64,000 bases of DNA from Octopus vulgaris (Eukaryota), in assembly GCA_951406725.2 (NCBI GenBank), contig OX597826.1, positions 81,530,001-81,594,000 of the forward strand, read 5' to 3'. The first letter of the stretch is position 1, and every line of letters begins with the position of its first letter. The notes under the pieces are model-generated. The model saw nothing but the letters and a program-made list of their open reading frames with translations, was not told where the DNA came from and did not search any database. Positions 13,180 to 27,018 of this stretch are shown here, piece by piece. Both the position numbers and the translations under genes were made by a program.

Positions 13180-13375
13180 TAAAAATGTTTCAGCCCGAAG
13201 GCTGCGGCCATGCTGGGGCATCACCGTTGAATGAGCTACACTAGTATGTGAAACCACCTCTGATACGTGGCACTTGATCATCAAGGGAGTTCGACGCCGC
13301 TGCCCGCATCTGTGTTTCCTGCCGAGATGTAGGTTCATCTGGAACCCCCGACAAGAAGAGATCCAGTTTAGTTTT
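13180..13375 (-). mobile_element. 3' end of a CR1/L2-like LINE
   Basis: Minus strand encodes [16 protein letters not shown], as in the copy at 58900-59170, followed by tail ggtgatgccccagcatggccgcag. Confidence 0.7.
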
Positions 13376-13380
13376 AAAGA

Positions 13381-13422
<42 letters not shown>

Positions 13423-13536
13423 CGGGGTATGTATGTATAGGGTTGGTGTATGTATTAGTATGTATAAGGGTGTGTGTGTGTGTGTGTATGAGAGAGTATT
13501 AGTGCGTAAGATATATAGTTTCTTTAAAACTAAACT

Positions 13537-13576
<40 letters not shown>

Positions 13577-14270
13577 GTTGTGTTAACCTCGTGAAGAGAT
13601 GGTTTCATCCAAGAAAATACTGGTTCGACACACACATAGTATGTAAAGGTACATATTTTTCTCCTCTGAGGATATTTTGCTCATGTCGCATAAACGCAAA
13701 TTGTATCCCAACATAGCTGCTGTCCAATGAGTGAAACAAGTAAAAAAGTTTTAAAAACTACATGTATGTATGTGTACACACCTTACATACACATATGAAA
13801 CCTAGAGAGAGAGCTGTCAAACATATGTAGTAAAACAATTGCAATTCACTGTGAAAAATCGACAGCCCATAATGGGTGAAATCATGACATCATTTAACGC
13901 ATGCGCTGTAGTGATGCTATTGCAAGCATGGTAGGCGTATGTCCTCTTTAGAACTTTTATACGAAATTATGTTCTATCAGTGTTTATTGGAGGCCTTTTC
14001 CGAATTTTTCCTGAGTGACTCGTCCATTAATTACACACAAGACTGCCTACAATTTCTAGTCAGTAACTTTGCATGTAATTATTACAGCTAATCCGAAATT
14101 TAAGCTTGCGTCCATATCTAAATTATTTGTCACCTCAAGATTTATTGTTCGGATCATTTGAATCGACATTGCCCCGGCTTATCATTGATATTATGAATGC
14201 ACATATATCTATTATATGTGTTAATGACATTTGAAACTGTCATTAAAGCTATATGATATATTCGCACGTT

Positions 14271-14316
<46 letters not shown>

Positions 14317-14451
14317 TGTACATGTGTATGTTGGATGTATAAAATGTAGGTGTATAGCTAGATAGATGAATAAAAGCCAATTTTTTCCATATGAATAACT
14401 TCGTCAGTACGAGTGTTTGTATATACGACTCTTTCTTTCTTTCTTTCTTTG

Positions 14452-14487
<36 letters not shown>

Positions 14488-15714
14488 TCTCTACTTACTA
14501 CACTACTTAACTAATACATACATACAGCAAGCCAGCCAGACATATATGTACATGTGTGCATGTGCATTTATATATTACATACACACATATGTATGTGTGT
14601 ATGTATATATATATATACACAAATACACACACATATGTACACACCCACACACACACACACAGGCGTACATGTCTTGCCTGTGTAATATACGTCCATACGT
14701 AAGGATTAATATAGAAGTGGGATGACAGGCGAAGTTACTTAAGAGATCAGGTTTATCCGAATGAATTTATGTCTTAAGATAGGCAACTGAGGTTCTGGTG
14801 GAGCTGAAAGGGAGATGAAATTAATTAAGGAAACTACTAGGTACGAAAATTCATTTATTTGTACACACCTGTGGATAAATTTACTTATCACCTATCTGGA
14901 TATTTAATCGTCTTTAATGAAGTTTCAATCATGATAATAAAAATGGAGGATAATTTGTTAAAATCTTTTACAACAAAACTATATCTTTCAAAAAACTTTC
15001 TCAGAATGTGTCTTATAATTTCAGAATTGTTCTTTTGTTAAATTACTTGGTCTGAGATTGCGTTTGGGAATTGAAAGACTTACATGGAGGAACAGTCATT
15101 TTAGATTATTTAAGAACACACCAATCACTGCTACATTCACTTTTTTGTTGTCGTCTTAATCGTATTCTCTACAATGGAGTCCCACCTCACCACCGCATGT
15201 ATTAAAAGTCAGTTTTATAAAACTGAGGAGCATTATTTATTTATATATTTTTTGTTACCTTAATTGCATTTCTCTTTAAGCATAGGTGTGAATAATGATT
15301 GCTGCATATCAGTTCGATATACAATGCAACCAATTTAGGACATCGGAGATTGTCTGTTGAAACCAAAACAATCACGTGTCAAAGAGTTGTTTGAGGCATT
15401 AAACACCTACAAAACTGTGACCTACCATTTTGCTTCCTTTTTTATTATTTAGTAATTGTGCTGTCTCTAAGAAGTGACATAATAATTGCTGCACTTCTGC
15501 GGCCATCACTATCGATTAACAATGTTTTCTATTATAAGAAGACCGATCGATTGTATCATTAAAACATCGATCGATCCATCTATCCATCCATCCATCTTGC
15601 TAATCGGATTAATTCTTTACACCTTAGAATATCAAGAGGTCAAGTTTAGTCACCTGAACTCAACAATGTGTCTGGAAATAACATTTTGCACACAGGTATG
15701 AAAGTACAAACAGC

Positions 15715-15773
<59 letters not shown>

Positions 15774-15923
15774 ACACACACACTCTTTTTTCAAGGAGAT
15801 AATTGTAAAAGGTTGACAGTGAGTTCGAATTCCTCGTAAAAGCTTAATAAATATGTACTCTGCTAGAAGTATTGAGCAATCCTTCAGTTTAGTATTAAAT
15901 TGTTTTTACATATAAGTTGATAT

Positions 15924-15957
<34 letters not shown>

Positions 15958-16459
15958 TGGGCTTCCACAAAAATCCCTTCCGCCAATTTCCACTCAAATC
16001 TGTCGGCTCAACATTGATACTTGAACTTGTTTCGCATGGAACGGCGTGGTTGTGAAGCGAACTTCTTAACATCGCAGCCATGACTCCCCACTATGAACTT
16101 ATCTATCTTTGGGGGTCCAGGCTCTGAATGTCTCAACATTTCTTGTTCCACAGCCGCAGAGCGATGAGAGCAAGTTTAAGTAAGACTTGCGAAAGTATTG
16201 GCAGAAAGTAAATCAAGTTCAAATCTGTTCCTCTCGTCAGCGTGTAATAAATCTGACGATGGCTCTACAAATGACTAAAGAGTAAAGATTGAAAATAAGC
16301 CTAAATTATGTAACCATGGTAATCTTTTCGAAGATTTGCTTCAGTTGAGATAAAACATTCAGATATCTGATGAGTTAATACCGAGGGAACGAAAACATTG
16401 ATAACTTCAAGTTATTTATAATTGTCTGTCTATCAGTATAGGATATTGTTGTTGCTGTT

Positions 16460-16816
16460 TGTTTGTTTGTTGAGCGAAGCGGTCTTCGTCCTGTTGTGGA
16501 AGAAGTCCGAAACGTGGTCCTTTGCTATTCGTAAGACCCGCAGAAGAGAAAGCAGGTCAACCCCCGACACCGAGAGCATCGACGGATGGATGAATGCGCA
16601 TCCAGGCTCAGCGGTTGCGTAGGAAGTCGGGGACAAGAAACAGGAAGAAAGAGTGCGAGAAAGTTGGAGCGAAAGAGTACAACAGGGGTCGCCACCACCC
16701 CCTGCCGGAGCCTCGTGGAGCTTTAGGTGTTTTCGCTCAATAAACACACACAACACCCGGTCTGGCAATCGAAACCGCGATCCTCCGACCTAACCACTGG
16801 GCCATTGCGCCTCCAC
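16460..16816 (-). mobile_element. tRNA-derived SINE with (AAAC)n tail and 14-bp TSD
   Basis: Head gtggaggcgcaatggcccagtggttagg..gtttcgatt. TSD ttgttgttgctgtt at 16446-16459 and 16817-16830. Near-identical to 29761-30132. Confidence 0.9.
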
Positions 16817-17679
16817 TTGTTGTTGCTGTTGCTGTTCATCCCATTTCAGCTTTGATTAAACAAACCTACGATCAAAGGCATTCTTCCATGACTGTCTCGT
16901 CGCTTTCCTTTTTTTTTCTACGTTTAGCTTACAAAAGGCAACATTCCCCCAAGTGTCCCTTTTTTCTTTTTAGATGTTACGGTAAAGACAAGATGACGTT
17001 TTGTTGCTATCTTTATTCAGCTGAGCGACCACTTAGATACTTCCGTATTGGCAAATAAGATCTTGTTGTTGTTGTTGTTGATTGTGATGTTTAAATCCAG
17101 CTCAGTGTGAGCTGCCTATGACCTGATTCAGCCTTGACCAGCTCGACTTTTGGTGTTCTTTCTCATTTAATACGACTGGAAGTGTGATATGAAGGAATTT
17201 GCTTGCTATATCAAGCAAGTCAAACGACTATTCTAGAACTTCATTTGTTGGTTTGGAGTATATATTTTACTGAGAGGCGGCATCTCAGCAGTTTATGCGC
17301 CTTCATCCGTACGCGCAATTAAAATCCTACAAATATATGAAGGAAACGGTCGCCCCACACGCTCTCTTTTCTCAGCGCGTAAACATGACTCTTCCGAAAT
17401 GCTCGGATGGTTATTGTTGACTCTCTTTTTTTATGATTGCCTGGCCTAACACGTCACTCGTTCAGATCACCTCTCTAGCTGGATGCACGTTGAGGGCAAA
17501 GGGGGGACAGAAGCGCCAGTTTTCCTGACAGAACGCCTTGTTTCAACTTTCTTACGCCTGAGTTCTAATCATGCCAGGTTCGTCTTTATCTATTGCTGGG
17601 AAATATACAGTGGATCGGTAAATTACATACCAGTAATGCACCTGTACCAACCAACTACGTAGCATCTATGCGCTGCTGA

Positions 17680-17860
17680 AGATGCTAGAAACAGCAGACA
17701 GATCCCCATTTAAATCACTTTTAACTATCTTATAAAGAAAAAGAAAGCTACATAGCCAATATATTCTCTGACATACAAAAACGACATGGTCACGGCTGGA
17801 GTGCCTCTGATCATAGATGTACTCAGAGCTGATCGTTTTGGATCTACATTCTTAACATAA
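17680..17860 (+). repeat. Old dispersed repeat family (ctagaaatagcag..aaatc..cc ... ggtcacggctgga); related copies near 12700, 18150, 19160, 20440 and 28455, minus-strand copies near 16850-17240
   Basis: Recurrent diverged motifs seen by eye. Confidence 0.5.
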
Positions 17861-19588
17861 ACGGTAACGAATCAGCACATGGAAGAGAATTTGTTTTCAA
17901 ACATGGAAGGCCAACTAGATTGTCCCTCTTTAAGTTTCTGGGACAATTTATGAACCAATCACATTTACTCGGTTTGTAATTGATTACATACAGGACACGT
18001 GCCTACTCACGTGTCTACTCACGTGTCATATATCTAGTCACCACTAGAACATAATTTTTAGCTTGCCAGGAAGCTGTAACACATCATTTTCCTTCTGAGA
18101 ATTTTCCATAAACCAACGAGAGAAGCCATTACAAACCTCTTGATCTGATAGAAATAGCAGCGAAATCTCCCACATATCTTAAAAAGAAAACATACATTAG
18201 ATAATGTAATATTCAAAAGACAAAAATGTCGCGTTGGAAGGTCATTAATTTTAGATCCATTCGTCGAGAGCTATTTGGAATTAAAAGAGAACAGCACCAA
18301 ACCTTTCTGCTCCTCTGAAAATGCCAACCCTATGTTACCCTCATTTATGCTCAATCCTACCTAGGGCCGGTAAACCTCTAATTAACATTTTATACTAATC
18401 CCTACACTGCACCAGCAATCAAATGTCCGTTGTAAAGTACTTGTCCCAAATCATTATAGTTCTAGAATTATTGCATTTCTAAATGTGACTTCCTTTCTTA
18501 TAACATCTAGAAACATCTAATTGTTCAAAAGCGAAAATTCAAGACATCATCATCACCATCAACAACAACATTGGTTAACCAAAACAACTCCTTAGAAAGG
18601 CTATGGGCACTGTCCTTTTATTTTTATGTGGATAATGAATACGAAGCGATTTCTGTTTTAACGGAAAACATTAAGAAAAAAATTTGTTTTAATTTGTTAT
18701 TTGATAACGCGTTTATGTTCAAATTGAGTATTTCCTGGTTCGAACTCTTCAACCAGTCAGTTCCATTCAGCATTTGTATATCATGATTGTCTTTGCGATA
18801 AACTGTTAGCAATGTTTACAATGAGCCCATCCAAAAGATAAACAAAGAGAGGCAAATCTCAGAAGTAATTAGCAAGGCACAACTCTATTTCATTTCAGTG
18901 CAGGTAAAGCGAAATAAACATTCTCAATGTTATGTCCTGTTCCAAGGACAGTTCCATGACGTTTCTTAGGAATAAGCAAACAAGGAAATATTCTAATTAA
19001 TCTCTTGAAATGATTTTCAGCTGTTTTGGACAAGGAAATATTTCAAGTTCAAATCGTGTCCGTTTAAATGCAACAATTTACTCCAAGTGATACCAGTGAG
19101 ATCACGTTTAACTTTTGTTTCGAACCAACAAGGAAGATTTATCTAGTCACTTGACCTGCTAGAAATAGCAGTCAAATTTCCTTCAAATAACACTCTATTG
19201 TCATAGAAAATAAGGGTAAATGGGAATATGTGACTCTGAAAACAAGAGTATCGAAAATAGAGAGATGGCCACAGTTGGCGCTAGAGTGCTTTTAGCCATT
19301 CGCCAACTCAATCAGCTTGAATTGGCAGGGAAGAAGAAGACTGGTTAGAGCATCAAACTACCGGCAGTGTTTAGTTCCGACCCTTTTCGCTCTCAGATGC
19401 AATTCTTATTGAAGTGAACCCTGCTATTTATCCTTCCGAAGTCAATAAAATAAAACACCAGACACCTACTCGTAGCAAATAGTCTAAAACCTTCTTTACG
19501 AGAATTACACTATTCTAAATAAAATACGTTTCTAACTCTCTCACTCACACTTTGAATGCATGAATGCATGTATATATGTATATTATGC

Positions 19589-19622
<34 letters not shown>

Positions 19623-20882
19623 GTTTATAGATATACACTAGATTGTGTGTGCATATTAAACAGACAACCATCTATATACATACACACTTAATTCCAGTCT
19701 CTTCTTTGTATCCTATTAACATATCTGAGATGCTGAAGCGTACGTTCGAGATGTTGATGGAACTTGTTAATAGTTCCTAATATTAGCAGAAACTTTAATC
19801 TACACATCTGCAAAGTATGCAAATTTTGCTCACGTTCTCGAGTACAATATTGCATATCTAGTCAATGAGTCTTTCATCATTACTTCGACAACGACAACGA
19901 AGTATAAAGTTCGCTGAGGAAGTCTTATACGACCGAAACATTTTAGAAGTTGTCCCCCTTACTTTCAGAAATTATTTAAAATAAATCAGTGAAATAAATA
20001 TTAGGTTTCATCTCATTACGGAAACACTCGCAATTAGTGTTGATGATTACGGTGTTAAATATACCAACACAATCTTTACTATCGTTTCTTCATGAAGGCG
20101 AAATCCATGAGTAATTAACCTGAGCGATTAATTCTTTTAAGAGACCAGCTTCCTCCTTGTTTATGTATTTTCGTTTTTTTTTTGTTTTTTCATCGGACAA
20201 TTTAGGGCTATCTACTTTTAAACTAGCAGAATAATTGTGAACATACACAATTTCTTCATTGTAGCAGTTATATGTAATGGCACCCCAACTGTAATCCCTC
20301 CCAGCTATGTTGAGCTATTGGTACAACTACCAGGCTAAACTATGGTAAGCCGTTACGTACCAACCGACGTTCTCGCCTTATCGAGGTATAACATGGAGAG
20401 TCAATGAGAGAGATTCTATTTGGCACCCGTTCAACATGAAATAGCTGTCATTATTCCTCCACAACAAATTCCTACGGTCTTAAAGATCAAACAAAATAAA
20501 ATAAAGCTGAAGGAAATCAAAATTCAAGAATGTTAGCAGCTAAAAGACTTTGATCCATGGCTCAGCCTGAACAAAACTGATCTAAGGCTGACAACAACAA
20601 CAACAACAACGACTTTAACAACAATAAACAACAATATAAATAACATAAATAACGTTAGAAATAACAGCGTTCACAACATTAGCAGCAAGAATTATTTCTG
20701 AAACTTTTTCTGAAAAATTGCGTATAACGGATTGTATACATTTCTTCATGTATACTTTCGTGACTCCTTTACTATTACACACACACACACACATTATATA
20801 TATATATATATGTGCATACATACAATGTGTGATAGTGCAAATAGTCTTACTGAAACGCATATGGCCTTCCATTGCATACACT

Positions 20883-21600
20883 GTCTATTCAGGGCTTAGC
20901 AATTATTTCCAGGACCTCAATGTAGGCAGCAGAGGTAACTCTAAGGCCTTTTGGGAAGAAGTAAGGAGGCATCCCGTGTCCTTCATTGCTGACAACCCCT
21001 AAAATTATGACAGTTGCAGGAAATTCTATATGCATAACACTTGGAACTTCAGAAGGGTCTGCACATAACCATCTGTCATTTCTTCTGTTAACTTTTTGAT
21101 CTTGGTCAAAGTTTGTCTCGTTTGAAAAAAACCAAATCAAGCCTTCTTCTGCTGGATTTTTCAGTTTGTTTAAGAGCCCTTTAGATCTGATGTAGTGATT
21201 TTCTTCTGCTTTTTCTGACAAATTGACCTTCCCTCATCATATAAGACTTATATCTGACGTCTTCATGAACAACATTTCTGACTGTTCCTTCTGACACATG
21301 GAGATCTTTTGCAGTTGATCTCATGAACTTTCTGAGACTGTAACTAATAGTTTGTTGAACTATTCAGGTCTTCTGATGATTTCAGAGCGTTTAGAATGCT
21401 TGTTATGCTTTGACACTGGTGATACGTTTCAAGTTTTAGTCTTTAGCTCCTTACAAACTTTATAGACCAAAGATCTGGCAACTTTTAAAAATCGAGATAT
21501 TTCTAAATCGCTATACTCAGCCTTTGTAACCACAATAACTGCATGCCACTTGATTTCTTGAGTAAGCTGAGGGTCTGCAATTATTATTTTCTGAAACAAA
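20883..21600 (-). mobile_element. Tc1/mariner-superfamily transposase remnant (maT/DD37D-like)
   Basis: WFFSNETNFDQDQKVNRRNDRWL...ILGVVSNEGHGMPPYFFPKGLRVTSAAYIEVL matches the FSDEKxF..NxxNDR pattern; truncated. Confidence 0.8.
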
Positions 21601-21749
21601 GATTATACAGAGTTAGCAAAAAATGAAGCAATGACCCCCAAAAGGTATGTCCTCAAATACCTTACACACAGAGCCTCCAAAATATTTACCCATTTTAACT
21701 GATGATAACCCACTTCATTTTGGTTCCTTTTTTTTCTTAAGAAATAACG

Positions 21750-22700
21750 AGGGGAACAAGACTAAGCTTTGAACAAAGGAAATTAATCCTGGATTTTGAA
21801 AATGCAGTCGAAGTGTAAAGACAGTTTAGAAGGAAGTTTCAAATAGATCCACCTACGCGACATACCATTACTCGAATTAAAGATAAGTTTGGCGCAGATG
21901 GAACTACAAAAAACGTCCTTGAAGACCGCGAACATCGACGAATCCTACAAAGCAAGAAAGGATATTAAGAACGTATTGCCAAAGGTCTTGCATCAAGCGA
22001 GTCGTGAGATGAGAATTTCGAAATCCTGCATCCATTCCATTTTGAAGCGAGCTCATTGGAAAAATTATATTCTAAAATTCCAATAATAGTTCATGTTCTC
22101 AATGCAGATGATCCGAGCCAAGCTTGGCAAGCTGTGTAGAACATGCAGTTTCCGGTTTGTTCTTCGAATGATGAGGCCATATTTAAAATAAATGGTTCAG
22201 TTAGCATCCACCATTGCACCTACTTGGGACATGACAAACTGTATATTACGGAGGAACATGTTAATTTATCAGGAGTTACAGTTTGTCCTTTAAATTATTA
22301 ATTAGGCCATTCTTCTTTGACGGTACCGTGACTGGCTCCGTTTAAATACGATTGCTGCGACAATCTGCCTTGTTGAGCATTCAAGAAAACTTGAAGATGC
22401 AGAGTTTTATATGCAGCAAGATGGTATACATCCACACTACCATAGTATAGGAGCTAACCTCGATGAGATTCTGCCAAAGAGTGGATTGAACGACGCGGTT
22501 CACCGGACCTCACACGACTATACTTTTATGGAGTTACTTAAAAGGAAAAAAAAAAGATAAACAGCAACAAAAGGCAACTGAGAGCAGCTATCGAGCGAGG
22601 AGCATGCGCACAAATACCTAACGAAGTGTTTCTTTATGTTTGTGATTCAAATGTTTCACGTTACCAGAACGGCCATCAGATTTAAAACGCGCGTTCATAA
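21750..22700 (+). mobile_element. Tc1/mariner-superfamily transposase remnant (DUF4817-type N terminus)
   Basis: LSFEQRK..ENAVEV*RQFRRKFQIDPPTRHTITRIKDKF, NDEAIFKINGSV, YMQQDG, SPDLT, QNGHQI; many stops and frameshifts. Confidence 0.8.
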
Positions 22701-22767
22701 AAAAATTAAATTCTCTCCGTAAATTCTATTAAAATTTTAAAATGAAACATACATACATACACACATA

Positions 22768-23225
22768 CATGCATGCATGCATACATACATGCATGCATAC
22801 ATGCATATATACATATATACATATATAGGCGCAGGGGTGGCTGTGTGGTAAGTAGCTTGCTAACCAACCACATGGTTCCGGGTTCAGTCCCACTGCGTGG
22901 CATCTTGGGCAAGTGTCTTCTGCTATAGCCCCGGGCCGACCAATGCCTTGTGAGTGGATTTGGTAGACGGAAACCGAAAGAAGCTTGTCGTATATATGTA
23001 TATATATGTATGTGTGTGTGTTTGTGTGTCTGTGTTTGTTCCCCTAGCGTTGCTTGACAACCGATGCTGGTGTGTTTACGTCCCCGTCACTTAGCGGTTC
23101 GGCAAAAAGAGACCGATAGAATAAGTAGTGGGCTTACAAAAAGAATGAGTCCCGGGGTCGAGTTGCTCGACTAAAAGGCGGTGCTCCAGCATGGCCGCAG
23201 TCAAAATGACTGAAACAAGTAAAAG
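22768..23225 (+). mobile_element. Full-length tRNA-derived SINE with CR1/L2-like LINE-type tail
   Basis: A-box tggctgtgtggtaag, B-box ggttcagtccc, internal TA/TG tract, tail ggcggtgctccagcatggccgcag..tgactgaaacaagtaaaag. Confidence 0.85.
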
Positions 23226-23244
23226 AAAAAAAAAAAAGAAAAAA

Positions 23245-23688
23245 CATATTAGTTATAACTGGGACTCCATCCGTTACGACGACCAGGGTTGCAGTTGATC
23301 CGAACAGCCTGCTCATGAAATTAAAGCGGATGTGGTTGAGCATTCCACAGACATGCGTACCCTTAACGTAGTTCTCAGAGAGATTCAGTGTGACACAGAA
23401 TGTGATAAGCTGCTCCTTTGAAATACAGGTACAACACAGTTTTGCCAGCTGAGTGGACCGGAGCAACGAGAAATAAAGTTTTGGCTCATGGACACAACGC
23501 GCTGCCGAGAATCGTCGTGTGTAGACAGCACACACATAAAAAAAAATGCAGCAACAGACGACTCCTCAGCCACAAGAACCGCCACTGCCACCAACAATAA
23601 CAACGAAGTATAACAACAATCACAGAACAATAGAATCCTTGCGATTTTGAGCCGAATACCCTAACCACTAAGCCATGTGCCTTCACAT
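23245..23688 (-). mobile_element. tRNA-derived SINE, same family as 34113-34420, carrying a ~118-bp insertion
   Basis: Head gtgaaggcacatggcttagtggttagg; body tgtgtcc.tgagc...actttattt..gttgctcc.gtccactcagctggcaaaa. Confidence 0.8.
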
Positions 23689-23694
23689 TAGGTG

Positions 23695-23782
<88 letters not shown>

Positions 23783-24172
23783 GTGTGTGTGTACGTATAA
23801 AGTTTAATGAACAGAGTATGCATTTTGATGAGCTGCTAATAGTTCCATGCAATGAAAACGACGCAGCCAGTATTTTATAACACGTCTGGTGCTTTCATGC
23901 AATCTTCAGGCTGTGCTCACATGGACGACGGAATTAAAGAAAATACGAAAAAAAGGCGAGAAGTTAGATGCAAAAGGTGGTAGGGTGAAAACACCAGAAA
24001 ACGAAAAGAAAAGGAGGAAAAAGAATAAGGAAAAGAAAAATGGGGCTAGAATCATCAGAAAAATATTAGATAGATGAATCGAACATATAGCATGGTACCG
24101 TAGGCTGCTGGTAGCAAACCCGCTCTTCGTGCGAAAACATACATATAATAACAATAATAACAAAACCATAGT

Positions 24173-24202
<30 letters not shown>

Positions 24203-24203
<1 letters not shown>

Positions 24204-25240
24204 TTGAAGCTATCAATACGTGGGCGGTTTCACTCCTTAGATATTGAGCAGGGGTAATCGCATGGACAGTAGACGAACTAAACAGCTAAGACAGAAAGAC
24301 AAGGAAGTTGCTAACTAGATATGGGTCACTCCACCCAAAAAGTGACACAGACATACTGTATGTACCAAGAAAAAGAGGAGGAAGAGGACTTATTGGATGC
24401 GAACACAGCATTAGAGCGGAAGAAAACAACATAGCATGGTATATAAAAAAATGCCACAGAACCGCTATTATTAGAAGTAGGAAGGTCAGGTTTGTGTAGG
24501 ATGAAAGATTGCAAAGATAAAGCACTATACAAGAAATTGAAAACGAATGAAACTGAAAATAGGTGGATAAAGAAAAGAATGCATGGACAATTTCATAGAG
24601 ATGTTGAAGATAAGACAGACAGAGAAAAAAGATGGCTGTGGATGACTAAAAGTGATTTAAAACCAGAAACGTCAAGACAACATAGAAAGGATTGTCCATT
24701 GGACATTTTGCAACAAGTACAGACTTGACAGAGCAAAAAAGTAGTACGAACATAAACGCAAAGACATCATCGAAAATGATAATGCAAAGATCCTATGGGA
24801 TTTTATGATTCAATGCGACCATGAGATAGAGAATAGGAAACCAGGCATAGAGGTAATTGAGAAAGAAAGCAAGCGATGCTGGATCATAGATATAGCATGC
24901 CCAACTGACAACATGGTATGCGATAAGGAAGAAAGAGAAGTCGATAGATATAACAGGTTAGCTAGGAAGGTTAAGCAGTTGTGGTCGATGAAGAAGGTGG
25001 TAGTAGTACCAATAATTGTCGGTGCCCCGGGAACAGTGAGTAAAAATCTTGAGAAGTACATGGAATAAAGGTGGAGCACTTGCAGAAAACAGCACTACTT
25101 GGAACCGCTCGAATACTCCGGATGGTGGTCGAAAATTAAGGGGTGTTACCTTAGTTCACTGAGTGAACAGCTGACACTGTAATACATCTCCAACATTAGA
25201 AGCTGTGCAGATACAATAAGATAATAATAATAATAATAAT
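24203..25240 (+). mobile_element. 5'-truncated R4/Dong-clade LINE (RT thumb plus restriction-like endonuclease) within (TAA)n
   Basis: AINTWAVSLLRY, LHPKSDTDILYVPRKRGGRGL, KRMHGQF, ILWDFMIQCDHEIENRKPGI..IIDIACP, VVVPIIVGAPG; TAA repeats on both sides. Confidence 0.9.
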
Positions 25241-25543
25241 ATATAAAAAGAGCACAAAAAGATAACTGAATGGAAAAAATCTTGACGTGTCGGACGTTAG
25301 TGGTTAATCAGAAGAAAGATAAGAAAGAAGACACAAAGGAGGAGAATGAATGAGAAAAAGTTGGCTGGAATAAAAACGGGAATGCATCAGTAGTCGAGTG
25401 AGAATGCGGTTCTATGAGGGAGTTAAGAAGGAAGTGGGGGATGTGTGACAGTGTGTGTGTATATATAAGAAAGCATAGAGGAGGTGTCTGTGTGTGGTGG
25501 AATGGAATGAATGTGGTTTATTAGTGTGGAAGTGTGGAGTGTT

Positions 25544-26082
25544 GTACCGTGGGATTATTGAGGTGTGGGAGTATAGTACCGTGGGATTATTGAGGTGTGG
25601 GAGTATAGTATCATGGGATTATCGAGGTGTGGGAGTATAGTACTGTGGGATTATCGAGGTGTGGGAGTATAGTACTGTGGGATTATCGAGGTGTGGGAGT
25701 GTAGTACCGTGAGATTATCGAGGTGTGGGAGTGTAGTACCGTGGGATTATTGAGGTGTGGGAGTATAGTACCGTGAGATTATCGAGGTGTGGGAGTATAG
25801 TACCGTGAGATTATCGAGGTGTGGGAGTATAGTACCGTGAGATTATCGAGGTGTGGGAGTGTAGTACCGTGGGATTATTGAGGTGTGGGAGTATAGTACC
25901 GTGAGATTATCGAGGTGTGGGAGTATAGTACTGTGGGATTATCGAGGTGTGGGAGTATAGTACCGTGGGATTATCGAGGTGTGGGAGTATAGTACCGTGA
26001 GATTATCGAGGTGTGGGGGTATAGTACCGTGGGATTATCAAGGTGTGGGAGTATAGTACCATGGGATTATCGAGGTGTGGGA
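25544..26082 (+). repeat. 32-bp minisatellite (GTACCGTGGGATTATCGAGGTGTGGGAGTATA) x ~17
   Basis: Direct reading; unit starts at 25544, 25576 and onward, with few variant positions and no spacers. Confidence 0.95.
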
Positions 26083-26548
26083 GGATGGTGTGAATATGTA
26101 ATATTCTACGTGAGAGGAGGAGAGGCGGGAGAGGTGCGGTATAAAGTGAAAAAGAAGATAAAAGGAATGCAGTTTAACAAAAGATTGATAAAAATGTGTA
26201 AAATATAGTAAAAGTAATACAAAGGCAAAATTCTAAAAGGGGAGAAGCATGTGTAGGGGTTTATGCAACCAGTGCAATGTGCGAAGGAAGTAGTGTTGGG
26301 GGTGTTTGTGTGTGTATCTCACTTACTCCATGAAATCGACATTGTCTGAACACGTGCCACGGTGCGCCATGCGTCATGTGTCGAAGTGATCGCAGAGCAA
26401 CATGTGGGTGGAGTGTTATGCCCAAGAACACGACGCACCACCGGGTCCTGGAATTGAAACCACGATCTGCGGACGGGCGTGTAACACCCTAACCATTAGG
26501 CCATGCGTCATCTCTCCGTCCGTCCGTCTGTCTGTCCGTCCGTCCGTC

Positions 26549-26604
<56 letters not shown>

Positions 26605-26866
26605 ACACACATTAGTTAGAACAGTTTCATATTATAAAAATAATAAAGTAACTTTTATACACACACACAGAACTAGAAGCATATATGCACCCATATTTAC
26701 ACAAAGAAGCACAGGTATTTACGCCTGCATATATATCACATAGACAGACACCCGTACCCACATCATACGAACATTCATACTCGCTCAATGTTAATGTTAT
26801 TTCAATGTTAATGACATTCTATATAACAATATCCTCCTCCTGTGCAGTCGGCATTCTGCGAGGCAA

Positions 26867-27018
26867 ACACGCACATATACACACGTGCATACACTTATAC
26901 ATACACGCACATATACACACGTGCATACACTTATACATACACGCACATATACACACGTGCATACACTTATACATACACGCACATATACACACGTGCATAC
27001 ACTTATACATACACGCAC
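26867..27018 (+). repeat. 36-bp tandem repeat x ~4 built from CA/TA dinucleotides
   Basis: acacgcacatatacacacgtgcatacacttatacat repeated. Confidence 0.9.

Noticed and set aside
25544-26082. CRISPR-like 32-bp repeats
   Set aside because: The units are contiguous with no unique spacers, there are no cas genes, and the context is eukaryotic.
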